Source of the DNA: Clostridia bacterium
GTDB taxonomy: Bacteria; Bacillota; Clostridia; TANB77; CAG-508
Length of the DNA: 64,000 nt
Reading direction: 5' to 3'
Assembly (NCBI GenBank): GCA_017510825.1
Contig: JAFWMA010000005.1
Location: 6,428 to 70,427 of the forward strand
Translations under genes and position numbers: made by a program
Part shown: positions 1 to 12,690 of the stretch, piece by piece
How the letters are laid out: the number at the start of each line of letters is the position of its first letter
Position numbering within the stretch: the stretch's first letter is position 1
The notes under the pieces: model-generated
What the model saw: only the letters and a program-made list of their open reading frames with translations
What the model was told of the DNA's origin: nothing
The model's database searches: none

Positions 1-3000
1 GCTAGAACAAATGCAATTACTGGAATAAATGGTACTAATGTAATTTTTGTAGATAAAAATGGAAAACAAATAACATTTCCAAACTTTGTACCAGGACAAG
101 AGCAGGAATTTTATATTAGATTTAAACCTAATAATGATGGTGCGATTATTGAAACTGGTAATCCTATCATTAACACAAGCTATTTAACTAAATTTACTGC
201 TAGAAAATTGGTAACAGGTAAACCAATAGAAGTTAAATTTGGAGATGCATCAGATGTATCTAATTCTACCAAGATTGGATCTGCAAAAGAGAGGTTAAAT
301 ACAGTAGAGGATAATGGTGAAACTATAGTTAGACAAAAAGAAACAACATTGGAAAAAAGAAAATATGCTTCTAGTCAAACTGTTGGTGCTTCTAGCTTAT
401 TAAACTCACTTAATGAAAGGATGAAATTGATTGCATCAGGTGATTCAAATTCAAATACAAATGGAATGAGAAAGGTTGGAGATAACAATGTTTCTAGTGC
501 TTCTAAAAATGTCGATATTCATGCTCTATATGATCAAATGTATAAGATAGATAAAGAAAAATATTCTAGAAGTTTTGAGGAAACAAGTAATGGATATAAG
601 TATATTACTGTCAATGACAATGTTCAAGAGGAACATTATGTTTATAACGGAGGGGATGCTGTAGAAGAAAGAATTGAACGATTGGAGACTGGTACTACTA
701 GGTATTTGTTGTATAAACCTAATTCTGTTAGTATAACGGAAAGAATACCATATTTTGGACAAAATCATAGAGAACAAACATATAGCCAGTATGCTGCTGC
801 TCATCCTAATAGTTCTGTATCAAAATATTATTATAATGTAACTGGAGCTAGTGACTCTCAAGGTTCATCAAGTCAATCATCGAATAATAATAATGGTAGT
901 AATAACACTAATAGTAACGGTAATGATAGACTTAGACAAATTGTATCTAGTTATATAGCTGCTAGTGGTGAAGATGCTACTGTAGAAACACGAGGTAATG
1001 GAAATGTATATGTTATTAAATATACAGGTAGTAAGGATAAAGAATCTGAGATATTGTCATACGTTGAAGGTGAAGTACGTGACGAAATAATCTATAAAGA
1101 TGGTAGAAAGGATATAATTAAATATACAAGTGATGGTAGAATTCAAGTATCTCATTATGATTCGAATAACAAAATAATTGGTACGCCAAATGTTTATGAC
1201 AGCATAAGTGATTATGCTCAATCAAATAACAATTCAAATTCTGTTTTAACAGAATATGCTAGTCAAGGAAATACTCATAGTGTTCCAGAAACTGGTTGTG
1301 CATTTTCTTATAAAGGTGCGGATGGACAAATGCATACTGTGGTAATTCCAGGAAAAGATGGATTGACCGATGAAGAGTACCAGCGCTATGTATCAATGAT
1401 TACACGAGATCCACCAACAAGAGCTGATATGTTGGCACAAGGTAAAGTTGAGGGTTCAGACTTTATTGTATTAAATTTTGATGGAAATGGAGGAGATACT
1501 GCAGGGGTTAGTGCTACTTATGATATTCAAGCAGAACAACAAGGAGATCCTGCTTCTGGAGCTGCTTTTTCTGCTACTGCTGTTACTAAAATAGATGAAA
1601 AAAAGGATGATAAGGGTAATGTAATTAGTACAGAAGATAATAGTTATTATCCTAGTATGTCATTTACAGCAAGGGCAGTTTATGTTGTTCATTCAACATG
1701 TACTATTACTTCAGTAACTTTGAATGGAAAAGCCTATCCGGTGAGCAAAACAATAGAAAGAGAATTTTTTGTTGAAATTGAATATTCTGGTACTGTAGAG
1801 GGTGGAGAAGAATATAAAGTAAGAGATGGTGGATTTGATAAGCTTAAGAAAAAGGCTCAAGAAAAAATTACAGAATATTTTAATGGATTATCTCCACAAG
1901 ATGTAGCTGGTCATGCACCAACAGGACCTGGGTACGAAGAGGCATTTACTCCTTCAGATTTAGGTATCTCTATTGGAGGCTCTGGTGGAGGAGGAAGCTC
2001 TTCAGGAGGAAGCTCTTCAGGAGGAAGCTCTTCAGGAGGAAGTTCTTCAGGTGGAAGTAGCTCATCAGGAGGAAGTTCTTCAGGTGGAAGTTCTTCAGGA
2101 GACAGTTCATCAGGTGATAGTGATTCTTCTTCAGATGGAAATAATGGAAACGATAATGATGAAGGAGTATTGAATGATATAGCTAAATATGTTCGTGTAG
2201 AAGGAAATCAAGATGGTGTTGATGTTACATGGTCTGATGGAACAGTTGATGGTAGAGGAGTTGGAACAGGTAAAAATACTTTAGGTGAATTCCAATTACC
2301 GGGAGCATCTATAAATATGCAAGTTGGTGGTACTGTATGGAATGAAACAAAAAATACAGATGGTAAAATGAATAATGGCGAAAATATTCTAGCTGGTGTA
2401 CAAGTTCAACTATTTGAATCAAAAACAAATCAATTAGTTGCAACAACAACTACAGATGCTAAAGGAAAATTTAGGTTTTATGGACAAGTAGGCAATGGAG
2501 TTGCATTGGTAAATGGTTTGAAGAAGTATTATGTAGTTTATACATATAATGGGCAAACATATGAAGCAACATATTATAAAGAAGACTTGACTGGTATATA
2601 TTCAAATGCTATGGAAATTGAAAGAGATAAATATAACAGAAAATTTGAGAATATATATTCAGATACATCAAATTATTATATAGATAGTAATCCAAGAAAA
2701 TCATATGCAAAAAATCAAAAGATAGAAAATGATAGTGGGCAATATGTTGAATTTGAGGGAAGAGCTTTAACTTATGATGATGTGTATACAGAATTTTTAA
2801 AAGAAACATTGCTAAGTGATGCTGGAGAGCCATCTGATGCTGACTACAATAAAATATGGAATAGAAATAAAACTTATGAGGAAGTAATTAATAATTCTTT
2901 AAAGAGATGGTTAAGTGGAAAAGGTATAACTAAAGAATATGAGTTTATAAAAAATCACATTAATGACACATTTATTCAAGCTACAACAAAACAGCATAAT

Positions 3001-6000
3001 AAAACATATAATTATGATGTACTATATACGGGATATAATAGGTTTGTTATTAAGGATATTGATTCAAATTCATCGTCGTATAAAAAGGAGAAAACACCTT
3101 CAATACAGTTAGACTCTGGTGATGTGTATACATATTTATATTCTATTAACTCAGACCAGGCAAGAAATGTTAACTTTGGATTGCATAATAGAGGTGAAAA
3201 TGATTTGGCTTTACAAAAAGATATTTATAAAACAACATTAGTAATAAATGGAAAGAAGGAAGTATATACATATGACAACAAAGCTGGAAAAATAAATAAT
3301 TTCTGGGATACTAGTGCTAGATCAGGGTCAAATTTATATAATTCACAAAATGGTGAAGAGGGAAAGTATGTAAGAGAGATTAGAAAATCTGATTACTTAT
3401 ATAATGGAAATGATGCATATGGTGAAAAAGTTAATAATGTTGACAGTAATGTTAAAAATCTACAGGCATTTATAACTTATAAAATTGCGGTTAAAAATCA
3501 GGGAGATTATGATACTAAAATAAACGAAATTGTTGATTATTATGACTCAGATACATTTGAATTTGATGGACAATTGAATGGGAATCAGTATAGTATTAAA
3601 TCACGTAATTATGCTAAAGAAGAAGTGAAAATGCCTGGACAGGATAATAGTTATGTGTATTCATATGTTGGTTCAGATGCAAATGGAACAAAACAGGATA
3701 ATTTAACGGTAAAAACACAAGGAATAAATAAAAATGAAACTGAAACTATTACTAAAGAAGGCTATAATTATAAAACACTTTACTTAACTGGAATAAAAGG
3801 AGAAACGGGTAATGAAAAAATTGTGCCAGGAGAAACAGCGTATATTTATGTAACTTATAAAGTTAAAAATGATAGTGAAACAAATAGAATTATCTTAGAT
3901 CAACATTTAAAAGGAGAGAAGGTTGGAGAAGACAAAATAGGAAAGAAAGGTATTGCTGAAATAAATTCATATGCTACATATTATCATGAAGATACAAAGA
4001 TACCAGATATATTTATGGAAGAAAATCCTGTAAATGTTGATGAGGTTACAAATAGAATGGTTGCTGGTACAATAGACAGAGATTCTAATCCAGGAAGTTT
4101 GAAAGCTATTGATTTAGATTCAAATGGAAATATAATAACAGATGATAAATCAAATTCAGTAAAAGATAGACAGCAGGATGGTAGAGATAAATCTTCTAAT
4201 ATTAGACTAGTAATAGATCAAAAAGAGGATGAAAATAGAGTAAGAAGATTTAGTGGAGCCGTATTCGAAGATGAAAGGAATAAAGAATCAGAGAAAGCAG
4301 TAATTGGTGATGGAAAATTAGATAAGGAAACTAGAGTAAATGGAGTAACTTTACAATTAGTTGAATTAGTTAAAAATGTAAACAATGATGGTGTGTTCCA
4401 AGGAACATATTCTGGAGAAAAAGTTTGGGGAAATTATGTATATAATGACAATGTTAATGGAAGTAAAACATTACCAAGATATGCTAGTGGTGCTGATAAA
4501 TCAAGTGTTGTAATATCAGGAACAGGATTATTAGAAGTTAAACCAGATAATCTGGCAGCTAACAATGGTGATTATTCATTTAAATCCATTCCAGCTGGAG
4601 ATTTCTATATTAGATTTATATATGGAGATACTGCAGAAACTACAATGATTGATGATACTAAATGGGATGAAAGAATAAAAGAATTAGAAGGAAAATCTAA
4701 TCTGAGTTATGCAGAAAGTACAGAACTTGAGAGACTAAATAATATTAAAAATGTAAATAAGATTGTTCCAAAAATTGAAGATTATGAAGGTATAGAATTA
4801 TCAGGAAGAAATGCAAAATCATATAATGGACAAGATTACAAATCAACAGTATATCAAGCAGGAGTTACACAAAATGGAGAATATGGAAGTTATTATGATA
4901 TTAATGGATTTGTAGATAATAGTAAACAAAACTTTTATATAATTGATAATCTTAACCTAAATGTTAATGGAATAGGAGCTAGACCAGATACTATTTATAG
5001 TAGTCCAAGTGTAGATAAGAGTAAATTGTATTATTATAATATTAATGTTGGAGATAGTAATTCTGCTGTATCAGATGCAAAAGATGTATTTGATTATAGG
5101 AAAAATGTTGATAAATGGTCTAGAGGTGCAAATGGTACTACATTAATGAACAATAGAGCAGAAGTTATGGCATCATTTGAAAAAGAATTAACATATAAAC
5201 CAGAAGATAATCAAAAGAATGCTATTAAAGAATTAATGGATAATACTTATATGGTTTCTCAAACAGGATTAATTAATACTGAAATAGAGAGAACTACCCA
5301 GGTTATTGATGTTAAGGAAGAGTACTATTCTGCTAGACAAAAATATGATATTAATCATATCAATTTGGGATTAGTAGAAAGACCAAAGGCACAATTAAAA
5401 TTAAATAAAGAGATTGATAATTTTATGTATATAAATTCAGATAAAGGAATTGCGTTTAATGTAAGTAATAATCAGTCAGTAAATAATTTATCATTCTCTA
5501 AACATGAGCAACATGAAATAAATTATGCAAATTCTTTAACAAATAATTTAAGGAAAATAACATCTGCATCAAGCAATAAATTTGCATATAGAGCTCAAAA
5601 AGCACCAGAAAGATTACAATTATATGTTGATTATGAATTAATGAGTCCAGCAAAAGTTCAAGTAAGATATAAATACTTTGTTGAAAATGTTGGAGAAGTT
5701 GATTATGCTGGTAAAGATAAAAATGAAAGTCCAAGTTTCTATTATACTGGAGTACCAGCAAAAGATGATATAATTTCGACTACAAATGCTGTACAAGTTG
5801 TTGATTATATATCTAATTCGCTTATTTATGCAAGTAATGAACAAGATAAAAATACACAGTGGAAACAAGAGAGGTTAGAAGCAGATAAAACAACAGGTGC
5901 AACTAAATTTAGTTTAATAGAATCTTCAAGTGTAGATAAGGGTGGTGAGATAACAACGACATTGGGAGATAAAGCTAAAGAAACAATAGAAAAGAAAGAT

Positions 6001-6489
6001 TATGTAAATAGAAACTATCTTCCACAGTTAAGCACTTATAATACAATTTTAACAACAAAGAAATTAGGAAATAACGATGGACTTACACCAACAAAAGCTG
6101 AGAGTGGAACATCTAAACTTGAGACGTCTTTATTATTAACTCAAGATATAACAAGTTCTAACTTAGAAGATAATTTAACATATAATAATTTAACAGAAAT
6201 TATAGAAACATCAAATACATTAGGAAGAAGAAGTGCATATTCAATACCAGGTAACCAAAGAATGGCAGATCAAAGCTTAGGAAAAGATGCAAAACAAGGT
6301 GAATTAACAAGAGTTGAATGGGTTGAACCAGGTGAAATTGATTCAGATAGTGCACAGACAATTGTAATAATGCCACCAACTGGTGAGGTTAACTATACAT
6401 TAATAGCTATTATTGGATTGATTGCTGTAGGTATAGTTGGAGTAGGTGCGTTTATTGTAAAGAAAACACTTATTAATAACAATATGTAG
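1..6489 (+). CDS. Giant cell-surface protein (5' partial) with SdrD/CnaB-like Ig domains and C-terminal MPPTG-TM-KK sorting signal
   Basis: Frame is open from base 1 (upstream of the tracked TTG at 208) to TAG 6489. Contains IGGTVW...GVQVQL...TTTDAKGKFRF-type SdrD B-like segments and ends IVIMPPTGEVNY + hydrophobic helix + KK. Confidence 0.8.
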   Translation, partial: ARTNAITGINGTNVIFVDKNGKQITFPNFVPGQEQEFYIRFKPNNDGAIIETGNPIINTSYLTKFTARKLVTGKPIEVKFGDASDVSNSTKIGSAKERLNTVEDNGETIVRQKETTLEKRKYASSQTVGASSLLNSLNERMKLIASGDSNSNTNGMRKVGDNNVSSASKNVDIHALYDQMYKIDKEKYSRSFEETSNGYKYITVNDNVQEEHYVYNGGDAVEERIERLETGTTRYLLYKPNSVSITERIPYFGQNHREQTYSQYAAAHPNSSVSKYYYNVTGASDSQGSSSQSSNNNNGSNNTNSNGNDRLRQIVSSYIAASGEDATVETRGNGNVYVIKYTGSKDKESEILSYVEGEVRDEIIYKDGRKDIIKYTSDGRIQVSHYDSNNKIIGTPNVYDSISDYAQSNNNSNSVLTEYASQGNTHSVPETGCAFSYKGADGQMHTVVIPGKDGLTDEEYQRYVSMITRDPPTRADMLAQGKVEGSDFIVLNFDGNGGDTAGVSATYDIQAEQQGDPASGAAFSATAVTKIDEKKDDKGNVISTEDNSYYPSMSFTARAVYVVHSTCTITSVTLNGKAYPVSKTIEREFFVEIEYSGTVEGGEEYKVRDGGFDKLKKKAQEKITEYFNGLSPQDVAGHAPTGPGYEEAFTPSDLGISIGGSGGGGSSSGGSSSGGSSSGGSSSGGSSSSGGSSSGGSSSGDSSSGDSDSSSDGNNGNDNDEGVLNDIAKYVRVEGNQDGVDVTWSDGTVDGRGVGTGKNTLGEFQLPGASINMQVGGTVWNETKNTDGKMNNGENILAGVQVQLFESKTNQLVATTTTDAKGKFRFYGQVGNGVALVNGLKKYYVVYTYNGQTYEATYYKEDLTGIYSNAMEIERDKYNRKFENIYSDTSNYYIDSNPRKSYAKNQKIENDSGQYVEFEGRALTYDDVYTEFLKETLLSDAGEPSDADYNKIWNRNKTYEEVINNSLKRWLSGKGITKEYEFIKNHINDTFIQATTKQHNKTYNYDVLYTGYNRFVIKDIDSNSSSYKKEKTPSIQLDSGDVYTYLYSINSDQARNVNFGLHNRGENDLALQKDIYKTTLVINGKKEVYTYDNKAGKINNFWDTSARSGSNLYNSQNGEEGKYVREIRKSDYLYNGNDAYGEKVNNVDSNVKNLQAFITYKIAVKNQGDYDTKINEIVDYYDSDTFEFDGQLNGNQYSIKSRNYAKEEVKMPGQDNSYVYSYVGSDANGTKQDNLTVKTQGINKNETETITKEGYNYKTLYLTGIKGETGNEKIVPGETAYIYVTYKVKNDSETNRIILDQHLKGEKVGEDKIGKKGIAEINSYATYYHEDTKIPDIFMEENPVNVDEVTNRMVAGTIDRDSNPGSLKAIDLDSNGNIITDDKSNSVKDRQQDGRDKSSNIRLVIDQKEDENRVRRFSGAVFEDERNKESEKAVIGDGKLDKETRVNGVTLQLVELVKNVNNDGVFQGTYSGEKVWGNYVYNDNVNGSKTLPRYASGADKSSVVISGTGLLEVKPDNLAANNGDYSFKSIPAGDFYIRFIYGDTAETTMIDDTKWDERIKELEGKSNLSYAESTELERLNNIKNVNKIVPKIEDYEGIELSGRNAKSYNGQDYKSTVYQAGVTQNGEYGSYYDINGFVDNSKQNFYIIDNLNLNVNGIGARPDTIYSSPSVDKSKLYYYNINVGDSNSAVSDAKDVFDYRKNVDKWSRGANGTTLMNNRAEVMASFEKELTYKPEDNQKNAIKELMDNTYMVSQTGLINTEIERTTQVIDVKEEYYSARQKYDINHINLGLVERPKAQLKLNKEIDNFMYINSDKGIAFNVSNNQSVNNLSFSKHEQHEINYANSLTNNLRKITSASSNKFAYRAQKAPERLQLYVDYELMSPAKVQVRYKYFVENVGEVDYAGKDKNESPSFYYTGVPAKDDIISTTNAVQVVDYISNSLIYASNEQDKNTQWKQERLEADKTTGATKFSLIESSSVDKGGEITTTLGDKAKETIEKKDYVNRNYLPQLSTYNTILTTKKLGNNDGLTPTKAESGTSKLETSLLLTQDITSSNLEDNLTYNNLTEIIETSNTLGRRSAYSIPGNQRMADQSLGKDAKQGELTRVEWVEPGEIDSDSAQTIVIMPPTGEVNYTLIAIIGLIAVGIVGVGAFIVKKTLINNNM
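1990..2135 (+). repeat. 15-bp coding tandem repeat GGAGGAAGCTCTTCA encoding a (GGSSS)n linker
   Basis: Three exact copies at 1990-2034 followed by degenerate copies. Confidence 0.9.
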
Positions 6490-6492
6490 TGT

Positions 6493-6527
6493 ACATATAT
6501 AGGTGATATGTAGTCACCTATATATGT
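6493..6527 (+). terminator. Hairpin, likely terminator after the first giant gene
   Basis: ACATATATAGGTGA-7 nt-TCACCTATATATGT perfect 14-bp inverted repeat directly after the stop; U-tail is weak. Confidence 0.65.
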
Positions 6528-6717
6528 TAAATATAATTATATTCTATGTAATGATATTAAAAGATGGCTTTATATATACTATGAAATGTGAAGATGCCAG
6601 ATTAAGAAGCTATTAGTAATGCGAAACTTTGAATGTTAGTATTAAATATAAAAGTGCAGAAATAAAGTGATGTTAATATTGTAATAAGGATATAAGAGTT
6701 AATGGAGAGTATAGATT

Positions 6718-9700
6718 ATGCTTAATAATACTATAAAGAAAATAAAAATTAATAAGATAATATTCATAATAATTTGTGTAATTACTATATTATTATCTAG
6801 CAATACAATATCCCAGTCTGCAAGTGGAGCTGAACTAAAATCAATAAATGATATAGGTGAAGATGGTTATATTGATTTTTCAAATCAGCAAGGAATGACT
6901 TTATATTTAAAAAGTTCTAGTGGGGTTTTGGTATCTAGTTCTGCAGGAACGGTTCACGACTATGATAAAAGACGGTAATGATGGAGAAGGAATTTGGTTG
7001 TTTTCTGACAGCTATGGAAACTATAAAAATACTTATTATGTAAAAGGAAAAGATACTCAGGATGGTTTTGGATATTTTAAGTTTGAACCAAGTAATAATT
7101 CTAGTAATTTTACTGTGGACTATAAAACTATAGGATATTATTACCTAAGCGAAGAAGAACAAAATCAGCTAGTTAGTGATAATATAATATCTGAAGATAC
7201 TGATAAAATTGATATTGGGTGTAGAGTTAAATTTTCGTGTAAAGACTTGAATAGAGATTGTGACTATAATCCACTATTTATGACTGTAAGTAAAAATTTT
7301 TATAATGGGTTATGGTACTCTCATATGACTGTGGATGCTAATTATGAATTTTTTATTTCAGAAACATATAATAGTAAAAATAAAAAATATACGAGTATAA
7401 AACTAGATAATACATGTTTTACAGCAAATTCACTTAATACTCAAGAGGCAGTAGCATATTTAACTGATAAAAATGCTCCAGGGTATTGTTTGGATGCAGA
7501 GATAAATAAGTTTTTTCAAAAAGAAGTAGAAGGTGATATAACATATTTCCGTGGAAGTATGGGTAGTAGTGCAAAAACAATACCAGGTACTGATAAATTG
7601 TATTCGAGGGGTGTTCTTATTTGGGAACCAAGATTAAGTTGGCACCAGTATTCATTTGATGATTGGAGAGGTTCTTCAAACTTGAATAGAAGTTCTATTT
7701 CTTATAAACTAAAGAAAAATTCTAAGAATCATGTATTTAGATTTAAGGCGTATCAGGAAGAAAAGAATTCTTTAGCTTGGATGTGTCCATCATGTGCACC
7801 GTTAGGAATGAAAACAATAAAACCTGTTAAAAAATTTAAGAAAAAGAACGAAAGTAATTATATAAAAAATGTTAAAGGAAAAGTAACTTCTGATTTTTAT
7901 GTTAATAATGGAGATGAAATTGAATTTAAAATTACTCAAAAACTTCATAATGTTGGTGAGGATATCATAAGTGATGTACATTATAACCAGTTGAAACTTA
8001 TTGATAAATTATCAGATCAGTTACAATATACTGAAAGTACACTTAGTATTGGTGGTTCAACGATATCTAGAAATAATTATTCAATAAATAGAAAGAATAA
8101 TACAGTAACTATTACTTTTAAAAAGGATTATTTAGATAATTTAGATTTAGCTGGACAAACTATTACTTGGATAATAAGTGCTAAGGTAAATGCTAAAAAT
8201 AGTAATATAATAACAAATAAAAGTACTACGGTTTTTAATGATTCAACATGCGATTCTAATGAAATTATTTTGAATATTTTGCCACAATTTAATACTGGTA
8301 TGGTGAAATCTTCTAATCCAACTCAAATAACAGATACAGAACAGAAAGTTAATTATAGTATGAGATTTACTGATAATGTTTTATATTATAAAGGAAATGC
8401 AATAGTTACAATTGTTGATACTTTACCATATAAGTTAGATACTACTAAGAAAAATGATTTAAATGGTGGAACTTATAATGATGCTAATAGAACAATAACT
8501 TGGACCCAGAAAGTGTCTAATATAGATTCGTTTAATAATAGTAATAATAGAATTGATATAAGAAAAAATATTTCTGTGTTTTTTAAAGGAATTGATACAA
8601 AAGCGACGAGTATGACAAATTATGTAACTGGTACAATTAAGACAGATACTCCTCCAAGAACGAGCTCTGCTAATGCAAATGCTATAACAACATTTAATTT
8701 TAAAATAGATGTGAAGGCAAAGAAAAATTGGGATGACCAAGGAAGGGATAGAAGTAAGCGCCCGGAACCGTTAACTTTTGTGTTATATCAAAATGGAACT
8801 CCAACTAATAAAACTTATAAACTGAGTCCAAAAACAAAAGATAATGAAGAATATACTTTTAAGAATTTACCAAAATATGATGGAAATGGTAAAAAAATTA
8901 ATTATGAAGTTAGAGAAATATCTAAGCAGTCAGGTAATAATTATTATAGATTGCAAGATATGAGAGGAAATGTTGTTGAGAATAGGAGTGATTTAAGATA
9001 TTATATAGATTCTACAACTACTGAAGCTGACCCAAATGATACTGGGGGAAAGACAAAGACATATATTATTAAAAATACATATACTTCAGTAAATATTATG
9101 GGTAATGTGTGGTTAGATTCAGGAATAGATGGAAGGAAAGCAAATGGAGAGATAGGATTTAAAGGAGTAAGTGCACAACTGTTATTTAAGCATGGAGGAA
9201 CAGGTGAATATGAGTATTATGGTTATAATGTAAGGACAGATGCAAATGGAAACTATTCTTTTAATGACTTGCCATGGAATGGAACATATAAAGTAAGATT
9301 TATATATAATGGACAAGTATATGAAGCAACATATTATAAAGATGTCTTATCAGGTGGTTATTCAAATGCAAAAGAATATAATGAAGAAAGGGATACATTT
9401 AATAAAAAATTTGAAAATATAAATGCATATCCAAACAATTATGGAAATGGAAAGAGGGCATTTGGAATAAATGAAAAAATAAAGAATGTATCGACAAATG
9501 ATTTTATATATAACACAAATGGAAATCCATATGTATTTGCGAATGATATATTAAGTGAATTCAACAATATGGAAACAAATTATAGTGTATATAATGATAG
9601 TTTTTACAATGGTTTAAAAACAAAATTACAAAACAAAGGAATAGATGCGACAACAGCAAATAGTTTAGTAGATTACATAAGAGATTGTATGACATATGCA

Positions 9701-12652
9701 GATAGTAGAAACTATTCAACAAATGATTTAGGAGCTTTAAAACCGGGATCAAATAATACAATATCATCAGTAGACTTTGGATTGTCAGAAAGGGCAAGAG
9801 GTAATTTATCAATAAGAAATGATATATATAAGATAACATATACAATAAACGGAAAACAATTTGATGAGTATGAAGGATATAATGGCAAACCAAGTAATAT
9901 ATTTAGTGTAGAAGATAGAGCGAAGAATGAATACTATAATGGAGTAAAAGTATATAATAAGCCAATATATAAATCAGATTATATATATGATGGAAAAGAT
10001 GTAGCAGAAGGTGGAGAGAATAGAAATCTTGAAATATATGTTACATATAGAATAGTGATAACAAATAGTGGGCAAGTAAGTGCAACGGTAAGATCATTAG
10101 ATAATTATTATGACAATAAAAACTATGAAAGATTTAATCTAACTAAAGGATTAAAAATATGTAGAGATAACATAAAATTAGGAAGTTTTACAGATGAAGA
10201 TACAAATGAAATGCTAAAAGATTATAGAAAGTTGAAATTAACAACAAATAATCCTGTTTTATTACATCCTGGAGAATCAACAAATGTAGATTTAACATTT
10301 AAAGTTAAAACTGAAAATAGAAGAGTAAAGATATCAGAAAGTAAGAAAAACATAGTAGAAATAAATAGTTATAGTACATATTATATGCCAGAAGATAGTG
10401 GACTAATACCTGATTATTTACAAAACAATAATGGAAGAGTAAATAAGAGAATAACAGGAAAAACAGTTGCAGGTTTGGTTGATATAGATTCAGATCCAGG
10501 AAGTTTAAGAGAAACTGATTTAACTGCAGAGGGAGATTTGATATATAGTGAGCAAAAAGGAGGAAGTATTTATCAAAGAATAGAAAATGATACTGATAAA
10601 TCATCAAATTTAAATATTACATTATCAGATGAATCAAGAGCAATAGGTGGATTTGTATTTGAAGATACAAGAAATGTAAAGAATGATAAATTAAAAACAT
10701 CATTAGGAAATGGAAAATACGATAATAATGAAACTAAAATTAATGGTGTAACTGTACAACTTGTTGAATTAGTAAGAGAGATTGACCCAGTAACAAAATT
10801 ACAAAAAGATAATTACATTGGAGAATATGTATGGTGCGAATGGAAATATAAGAATTTAGTTGAAGACCCAACTAAATTGGAAGATGAAAAAAAATACTAT
10901 ACAGGAAAAGGAAATTCATGTGTAATATTATCAGGAGAAGGAGAGCTTGCTGTACCAGAAATACAATTAGGAAACAATGAAGAAGAGTGTAGAGGAAAAT
11001 ATCAATTTAATTCATTTATACCAGGAGATTATTATGTAAGGTTTACATATGGAGATACAAATAAAACTGTTCTTACAACGGATGAATCTGCTATTGCAAA
11101 AGCTCAATCTATAGGACAGCTAGATAGTAATAATAACCCACTTACTGTAAATAGTGTAGTAAATGATAAGGGATTAAATGCAAAATCATATAATGGACAA
11201 GATTATAAATCAACTATATACCAACCAAGCGTAAATCAAGCAGAGATAGGAAGTTATAATGGAATAACGGGATATTTAGATAGCCAAAATCAAAACTTTT
11301 TGAATAGTATAGATGATTATATGGCTTATAATGCAGATAAGAATGGTTATATAAAAAATAATACAAGAAAAATGTATTTATATAAAAATTCAGTTAATGA
11401 TTCAAATGCAAAAGATTTATTTGGTGACAGAGAAAGAATTCAAGATTTATATGGCGAGAAAAAACATAGTGATTTATATGAAAACAAAATGACTGGTATA
11501 AACAATGCTATTGGAGAGATGCTAAGGTCATATGAAATGTTAGCTACTGATGAAAAAGGAAATCTGGCTAATACACAGAAAGCTATGTTAGATGAATTAA
11601 AAAGAAATACTCAAATGAGAGCTCATAGTGGAGTTATGGATATTGGGGTAGTACATAATAATGCTAATACAAACCAAGCTATATTAGGACTTACTGAAAG
11701 AGCAGAATCACAGATAACCTTAATGAAGGAGGTTAGTTCAGTAAGTGTAGTTTTATCAAATGGAGAAATATTATTTGATACAAATAAATCAGTAAATAAT
11801 TTGTACTTTGGAAAACATACTGGACACACATTAAAGTATGATGCGTATAGGATAAATCCAAATAGTGTTGAAATTAATTCTGAAGATGCTAATAAACAAC
11901 CTGAATTAATACAAGCATATATGGATGATGAATTAATGCAAGGTTCTACATTGTCAACAAGATATAAAATTATGGCTAAAAATGTGGGTGAGGTTGACTT
12001 TAATGACATGGAATACTATTATACTGGAATAGAAAAAGACCCAGAAAAAAATATAGCTAAAACTTGTGTAAACAGAGTAGTAGATTATATATCAAATTCA
12101 GTAGTATTTGATATAGATAAACAAAAAGAAAGTGATTCATGGTCAATTGCAAAAGCTAATGATTTAGTTAACGGTGGTTATGTAACAGGGCGTTATAAAC
12201 CTATAATGGATAAGTATAATACTATATTAGTTTCCGAAGGATTAAATAAAGAATTGATTCCAGAGCAATATAGATCACAAGATAGCTTTGCATCAGTAGA
12301 ATTAGTATTAGATACTACATTATCAAATGTTTTATCGAAAGATTCGCTTGTATATAATAATATGGCTGAGATTATTCAGGCTACTAACCAACAGGGTAGA
12401 AGATGTGCTTTATCTATACCAGGAAATGAGGAGATGCCAGATCAAGAAGTTATTAGCAATGCGAAACCTGGAATGTCAGTATTAGATAGAAAAGTACCGA
12501 AAGAAATAGATGTTGATAGTGCACAAAAGATTGTATTTATGCCACCAACTGGTGAAGAAAACTATACATGGCTAATAATAATGTCTGTTATTGCTGCTGG
12601 AATAATTGCTGGAGGAGTTTTAGTTATTAAAAAAATAATATTAAAACATTAA
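6718..12652 (+). CDS. Second giant surface protein (signal peptide, isopeptide/CnaB/SdrD-like domains, MPPTG sorting signal), interrupted by a +1 frameshift at CGG 6973
   Basis: ORF 6718-6978 encodes a signal peptide and ends AGA CGG TAA. The +1 frame from GGT 6974 continues about 1890 codons to IVFMPPTGEENY-TM-KK. CnaB-like KKNWDD...YTFKNLPKYD...INYEVRE present. C-terminal part is paralogous to the upstream giant gene. Confidence 0.8.
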
Positions 12653-12690
12653 AAAAGACGAGCATTGCTCGTCTTTTTTAATGTTTTTTT
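12643..12690 (+). terminator. Rho-independent terminator (bidirectional type)
   Basis: AAAACATTAAAAAAGACGAGC-ATT-GCTCGTCTTTTTTAATGTTTT. Confidence 0.9.

Noticed and set aside
6560-6700. Possible cyclic-di-GMP riboswitch between the giant surface genes
   Set aside because: Only loose GCGAAA/GCAGAAA words; the required stems could not be built.
6920-6972. Tracked start MGFWYLVLQERF of the 1910-aa ORF
   Set aside because: No RBS or signal peptide; the real N-terminus is most plausibly ORF 6718 joined by a frameshift.
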